Positions 52,474 through 57,185 of a stretch of 57,185 bases of DNA are shown here, piece by piece. Numbering within the stretch: position 1 is the stretch's first letter; each line of letters begins with the position of its first letter. The notes beneath the pieces were generated by a model. That model searched no databases. It was not told where the DNA came from and worked only from the letters and a program-made list of their open reading frames with translations. The DNA lies in the sequence record SRR22947725_330. One strand, 5' to 3'. A program made the translations under genes and the position numbers.

Positions 52474-55427
52474 GTTCTATCGAACGATTAGAGAAGCGGA
52501 TTCTCCGGGAGAAGACGGCACGCCTTGAAGCTGAAAAGATTGCAGACGCCGGGCTGAGGGAGTTGAACTTAGAGCGGGAATCTCTGGCTCAGACGGTGGA
52601 ATTCCAAGCCAGCGAACTTCGACATCACATCAAGCTGATAGAGGAGTCACGTGTTCGGGCCACTCACAGTGCGCTCTGGGAGATCGGCGATAGGTTCAAC
52701 TCTGCGGGATTTGATGATGTCGTGGGATCGATTCGTGCTTCGCTTGAGGGTATCGTCAAGATCTCAGGAGCATTATCAGCAGGTGTTTGGGAAATTGAAC
52801 AGGAATCTTTCCAGATCAATAATATTGCTCGATTCGTTGATCCTGAGTCAACAACGGAGGCGCTTCAGCGAGTAAAAATCGACATCGTCGGTCAAAACTT
52901 CATGTCGGACTTGTCTGGTGCTCACGAAGGCACTTTTCTTGTGTACACGCCTTCCGCGGTGGAGGAGGTTTTGCCGCAACTGCACCTTTGGAACCCTGGA
53001 CTTGATGAAATAAGTGAACCCACCCTTCGTCTTGGTGTCGGCGTTGTTCGAGATCTGAAGGGCAAGACCACCATCATCGCTGCCTCGTTCCGAAGTGAAG
53101 TCGGGGCCAGCGAAAGGGATAAGTTGGTCAGCACTATGATTCGTGGCGTGATGGTGTTGCTGCGGCAGTTTCTCTCCCGCATCGACCTTCAAAATGAACT
53201 GTTGTTGTTCAACCGCAAACAGTCGGAAGTGCACAGCAGTTTTATGAAGGCTGCCGGCAAGTTGATGATGGTCGAGGACCATGATCTTGACCGACTAGTT
53301 ACAGAAATCATGCAAGAGACGGCGTTTCTTGTTGGAGCAACAGGTATCACTGATTGGAAGTTTGATTACGAATCCGAACGGTACGAGCTCTCCAGGTTGT
53401 GGCTTCATCCCAGTGTTGCTCACCGTAGCGTCGTGGAGAGCGCAGCATTCGGAAGCAGGGCGTTTCTCGACGCTACACGCGAAGCTGGGGGAACTCTTCA
53501 GATTAACCCGGAGACGCCAACACTCGCAGAACCAAACAGGATCTCAGTTGTGCGCTCGAGGGCGGGCGTGCCGACCGGAATTCTCATGGCTGCGAAGTTA
53601 GACCCGAATCCCTGGAATGAATTAGAGATTGAGATTCTTGAGCGTCTAAGCGCTCTCTTGTTGGCGGTCGAAACTCGCCTTAGTTCCGACACCCGTGCCA
53701 ATGCGGCAATCGATAACTCGCCGATGCCAATTGCACTTCGGAGCCTGAACGGGAAACTGTTGTTGGACTGCAACGAAGCCTTTTTGAAAATGGTTGGGCG
53801 AACATCTGCCAAGGGTTTGCTTGGGACGCCGCCCGAAACGTTGTTGTTCCAGAGCATCGAGGATGTCGATCCAAAGTATCGTGTTTCATCGAAATGGATG
53901 TTTGATAACGATGGGTATCATACTTCTTTCTCCGGTGCTTCTAATACGTCAGGGGGCACAACGGACCTGGTCTATCGAGGCCCTCAGGGTAGACCGATTC
54001 TCGCTGAAACTCGATGCGTTGAGGTCACGCCCTCTTATGACAAGCCATTTCTTCTAGTTCATGCCGATGACGTTACCGAAAAGCGCCAAGCGGAGCACAG
54101 GCTACGATCTAATATAGACGACCTCGCTTTCATTAATGCCCATGACGATCTGACCGGCCTGTTCAACCGTCGTGGAATCTTGCAAACAATAAGTGAAATG
54201 GATTCAGAGTCAGGCGGCGGGGCTTTGGCGATCATTGACCTCGACAGATTCAAGAACGTGAATGACTCGCTGGGGCACGAAACTGGGAACATCATTCTTG
54301 AAAGAGTCGCTGAGGTTCTTCAGCGCAATGTTCGTGATGGAGACGCGGTCGGTAGATTGTATGGCGATGAATTTGTCGTCGTTCTGCGCGGCCCGGTTAG
54401 CGAGGTTGTTGCTCGGGCAATCGTCCAAAAAATCATGGACCAAGCTGGTGCCCTCGTGGCCATCGACTCGCACCGGTATTACCCTTCGCTTAGCGTTGGA
54501 ATTGCATACTGGAATAGCTTCCGGGAATCCGGTGAAGCCTTCCGTCAAGCGGATGCTGCGATGTACGCGGCGAAGCGCGATGGCGGAAACCGTTTGGTAC
54601 TTTACGACGACAGCATGAAGTTAGCGGAAGCCTCGAAGCAGCAGTTGGAGGTTGACCTACGACAGGCAATTGAGCGTGACGAATTTTGCGTCCACTACCA
54701 GCCTGTGTTTTCGATGGAGAACAGCACAATTGTCGGAGTCGAAGCGCTCGTTCGGTGGCAGCACCCTGAACGGGGTCTTCTTGTCGCTGGCAGCTTCATC
54801 GAAGACGCAGAACAGATGGGGTTTGCTTCAGAAATCGGGTTAATTGTACTCCGTATCGCCTGCACCGAGGCCAGAACCTGGCCCATCGGGACCGCACCGT
54901 TCACCCTCAACGTGAACATCGCTGCTTCGCAGATAGCAGACGGACCGGCACTGACAGATCATGTATCGAATGTTCTTATGGAGACTGGTTTTGATGCTGG
55001 TCGCCTTTGCCTTGAGGTCACTGAGTCGTCATTAATTGGAGACCTTTCCAAAGCTGAGCAGACCTTGGCTGAGTTAAGTCGTCTTGGCCTTCAGTTGGCG
55101 TTGGACGATTTTGGTACTGGATACAGTGGTCTCACGTACCTCAAACGCCTCAAAGTAGACACACTGAAGATTGACAAGTCTTTCGTCAACGATCTCACCA
55201 CAGATGAAGATAGCGTGAAGTTTGTTCAATCAATAATTAATTTGGCCGATATGTTGGATCTCGGTCTTGTTGTGGAGGGCGTTGAAACCGAAGCCCAGGC
55301 GGAGATGCTGCGCTCGCTTGGATGCGATCGAGCACAGGGTTGGCACTTCCATAAGGCGATGCCGGCTGAGGCGTTGGAGCGTCTACTTGCAGGTCAAGCA
55401 GATTCGGTGACGAATTCCTTTGTTTAG
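52470..55427 (+). CDS. H-NOX-associated coiled-coil/GAF-like/PAS/GGDEF/EAL c-di-GMP enzyme
   Basis: HDDLTGLFNR, DLDRFKNVNDSLGH, RLYGDEF, EALVRW, DDFGTGYS, KIDKSF, EGVE; ATGA overlap with the H-NOX gene. Confidence 0.92.
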   Translation: MSSIERLEKRILREKTARLEAEKIADAGLRELNLERESLAQTVEFQASELRHHIKLIEESRVRATHSALWEIGDRFNSAGFDDVVGSIRASLEGIVKISGALSAGVWEIEQESFQINNIARFVDPESTTEALQRVKIDIVGQNFMSDLSGAHEGTFLVYTPSAVEEVLPQLHLWNPGLDEISEPTLRLGVGVVRDLKGKTTIIAASFRSEVGASERDKLVSTMIRGVMVLLRQFLSRIDLQNELLLFNRKQSEVHSSFMKAAGKLMMVEDHDLDRLVTEIMQETAFLVGATGITDWKFDYESERYELSRLWLHPSVAHRSVVESAAFGSRAFLDATREAGGTLQINPETPTLAEPNRISVVRSRAGVPTGILMAAKLDPNPWNELEIEILERLSALLLAVETRLSSDTRANAAIDNSPMPIALRSLNGKLLLDCNEAFLKMVGRTSAKGLLGTPPETLLFQSIEDVDPKYRVSSKWMFDNDGYHTSFSGASNTSGGTTDLVYRGPQGRPILAETRCVEVTPSYDKPFLLVHADDVTEKRQAEHRLRSNIDDLAFINAHDDLTGLFNRRGILQTISEMDSESGGGALAIIDLDRFKNVNDSLGHETGNIILERVAEVLQRNVRDGDAVGRLYGDEFVVVLRGPVSEVVARAIVQKIMDQAGALVAIDSHRYYPSLSVGIAYWNSFRESGEAFRQADAAMYAAKRDGGNRLVLYDDSMKLAEASKQQLEVDLRQAIERDEFCVHYQPVFSMENSTIVGVEALVRWQHPERGLLVAGSFIEDAEQMGFASEIGLIVLRIACTEARTWPIGTAPFTLNVNIAASQIADGPALTDHVSNVLMETGFDAGRLCLEVTESSLIGDLSKAEQTLAELSRLGLQLALDDFGTGYSGLTYLKRLKVDTLKIDKSFVNDLTTDEDSVKFVQSIINLADMLDLGLVVEGVETEAQAEMLRSLGCDRAQGWHFHKAMPAEALERLLAGQADSVTNSFV

Positions 55428-55843
55428 AGCGCCTAGTGAAGGCGTGCAGCGGAATGTGAGTTCGAAGCGCACATCCCATCTGCATGGTGATCGTGTTGTC
55501 GGACTCGATAAACGTAGCGGAGCCTCGGCCCGAGCCGGAGCACACCTGGTTTCTGTTGGTGCGTTTCACCGTACGGTAAGCGATGCTGAGCAAGGCTGTC
55601 GGCAATCAGAATGGCACGATTTTGGACACAAGTAAACGACCAGTCGAGCAGTGGGTTCTGGTTCCGGCGGTGAGCTAACACGTCCGATCACCGGCAGAGC
55701 CGAAGGCAAGGCTGCTGCTCAGCCAATCCCGCGAATGCGAATACGAATACTGCACCGGTGGAAGTCGCTCTGCGCCGCGCCACAACTTCCTGCAGCTACC
55801 GTTTGCTAAGGGTGAAGCGCCCCGGGTTTGATGACTGCTCTGG

Positions 55844-56776
55844 TTATTGGGTGACGGCCTTGTCGGCCGGTGTTGTTTGACGGTAGTAGTCGACCTCTGC
55901 TTCGGCCGGAATTGTGTAGCTGGAGTCGTCGGTGATCTCGCCGTGGAGCCGGCGCTGGTTGAACCAGTCGACGTAGGTCATGGTCGCGAACTCGATGTCG
56001 TCGAGGCCGCGCCAGGGGCCTTGCGGGTAGATCAGTTCCCACTTGTAGAGCCCGTTGAATGACTCGGCCATCGCGTTGTCGTAACTGTCGCCCTTGGACC
56101 CAACCGACGCGACGATGTCGTTGTCAGCAAGCCGCTCGGAGTAGCGAATCGACAAATATTGGACGCCGCGGTCGCTGTGATGGACCAACTGATCGAGGTC
56201 CCGGCCGACGCGTCGCCGGTTCCAGACCGCCATCTCCAACGCGTCGATCGCCAGATCAGACCGCAACGATCGGCTGGCTTGCCAGCCGACGATCATCCGC
56301 GAGTACACGTCGATGATGAACGCGACGTAGACCCAACCCGAGTGCGTCTTCACGTAGGTCAGGTCCGCAACCCAGAGCCGGTCAGGTGCCGGCGCCCGAA
56401 ACTTGCGAGCGACCAGATCGGCGGGCCGGTGCAACCGGTCATCGGCATGGGTGGTGATCGTGAACGCCTTGCCCCGCCCGGCCCCGGAGAGTCCTTCGGA
56501 GCGCATCAACCGCTCGACAGTGCAGCGCGCGACCCGGATCTCTTCACGGTTGAGCTGGGTCCAGATCTTGTCCGCGCCATAGACGAACAAGTTCTCCTCA
56601 AACACCCGGTGCACCTCGACCACGAGTGCGGCGTCGCGCAAGGCTCGTGCTGATGGCGGTCGTTTCTTGGCGGCCCAATACGTGTTCGGGGCAATCCCGC
56701 AGTCGTGCTCGCGGAGCACTTTGCAGATCGGCTCGACCCCGAACTGGTCGCGATGCGCGTCGATGAACGCGATCAC
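55844..56776 (-). CDS. IS3 transposase OrfB (DDE integrase core)
   Basis: [27 protein letters not shown]. Confidence 0.95.
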   Translation of the reverse strand: MIAFIDAHRDQFGVEPICKVLREHDCGIAPNTYWAAKKRPPSARALRDAALVVEVHRVFEENLFVYGADKIWTQLNREEIRVARCTVERLMRSEGLSGAGRGKAFTITTHADDRLHRPADLVARKFRAPAPDRLWVADLTYVKTHSGWVYVAFIIDVYSRMIVGWQASRSLRSDLAIDALEMAVWNRRRVGRDLDQLVHHSDRGVQYLSIRYSERLADNDIVASVGSKGDSYDNAMAESFNGLYKWELIYPQGPWRGLDDIEFATMTYVDWFNQRRLHGEITDDSSYTIPAEAEVDYYRQTTPADKAVTQ

Positions 56777-57105
56777 TTCTTGGACTGGCGGTCGAGCTCC
56801 GCCCCGAAGAAAGCCGACGCCGCCTTCAAAATGTCGTTCGCCCGGCGCAGCTCTTTGTTCTCACGCTCGAGCTGTTTCATTCGGGCACGCTCGTCGGTAG
56901 TGATACCGGGACGGGTCCCGGCGTCGGTCTCGGCGCGGCGGACCCACTGACGCAACGTCTCGTGATTGACGCTCAGCTTCTTCGCGATCGACTCGATTGC
57001 TTTCCACTGCGACGGATACTCGTGCTGGTGATCCAGCACCATCCGTACTGCGCGTTCACGGAACTCGTCCGGATACCTACCCGGTCGACGCTTCTTCTCT
57101 GACAT
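56773..57105 (-). CDS. IS3 transposase OrfA (HTH)
   Basis: [47 protein letters not shown] overlap with orfB. Confidence 0.95.
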   Translation of the reverse strand: MSEKKRRPGRYPDEFRERAVRMVLDHQHEYPSQWKAIESIAKKLSVNHETLRQWVRRAETDAGTRPGITTDERARMKQLERENKELRRANDILKAASAFFGAELDRQSKK

Positions 57106-57185
57106 GTGCTCATCCTCTCAAGAGAACAAGCAGTCACCGATCCCGGGGCGCTTCAGTTTTGTTCACACCGAGGGCTGCGACTGGT

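Larger units (their letters stand above)
55813..57155 (-). mobile_element. Complete IS3-family insertion sequence (IS51/IS6110-like), 1343 bp
   Basis: Terminal IRs TGAAGCGCCCCGGGTTTGATGACTGCT and TGAAGCGCCCCGGGATCGGTGACTGCT (24/27 identical) enclosing orfA/orfB. Confidence 0.95.

Noticed and set aside
51621-55803. GTTAGCGC (about 51628) and GAGCTAAC (about 55672) flanking the H-NOX operon, like integron cassette boundaries
   Set aside because: The putative attC lacks properly nested symmetry, lies far from the stop codon, and there is no intI; an 8-bp match can be chance.

Overview
High-GC actinobacterial chromosome segment; gene content and the PxRxxDTR-repeat surface protein suggest Acidimicrobiia (Ilumatobacter-like), which is inference. 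1-26 kb is a variant of the conserved actinobacterial GT2/DUF5719/DUF3499/manB/Trm112/ahcY ... comF/secA/prfB/ftsE/ftsX region, with ftsH, an MFS transporter, a CPBP protease, a large GT-C-like membrane protein and a repeat surface protein inserted. 26-50 kb holds housekeeping and metabolic genes: crotonase, truncated globin, ABC exporter, purU, TrmH, menB, cofE, M20 peptidase, a divergent Pat-type acetyltransferase/Zn-deacetylase pair, MaoC, ALDH and an LLM oxidoreductase, plus a stand-alone LarC C-terminal domain and a broken HPF/RaiA gene. The right end is a more AT-rich accessory block with an H-NOX gene coupled to a PAS-GGDEF-EAL protein, followed by a complete IS3-family element. Most genes look leaderless (-10 box 6-7 nt before the start codon). 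The main exception, and the best candidate for something undescribed, is a ~117-nt ahcY leader with mutually exclusive pairings over the Shine-Dalgarno that does not resemble the canonical SAH riboswitch. All calls come from motif recognition by eye; no searches were run.
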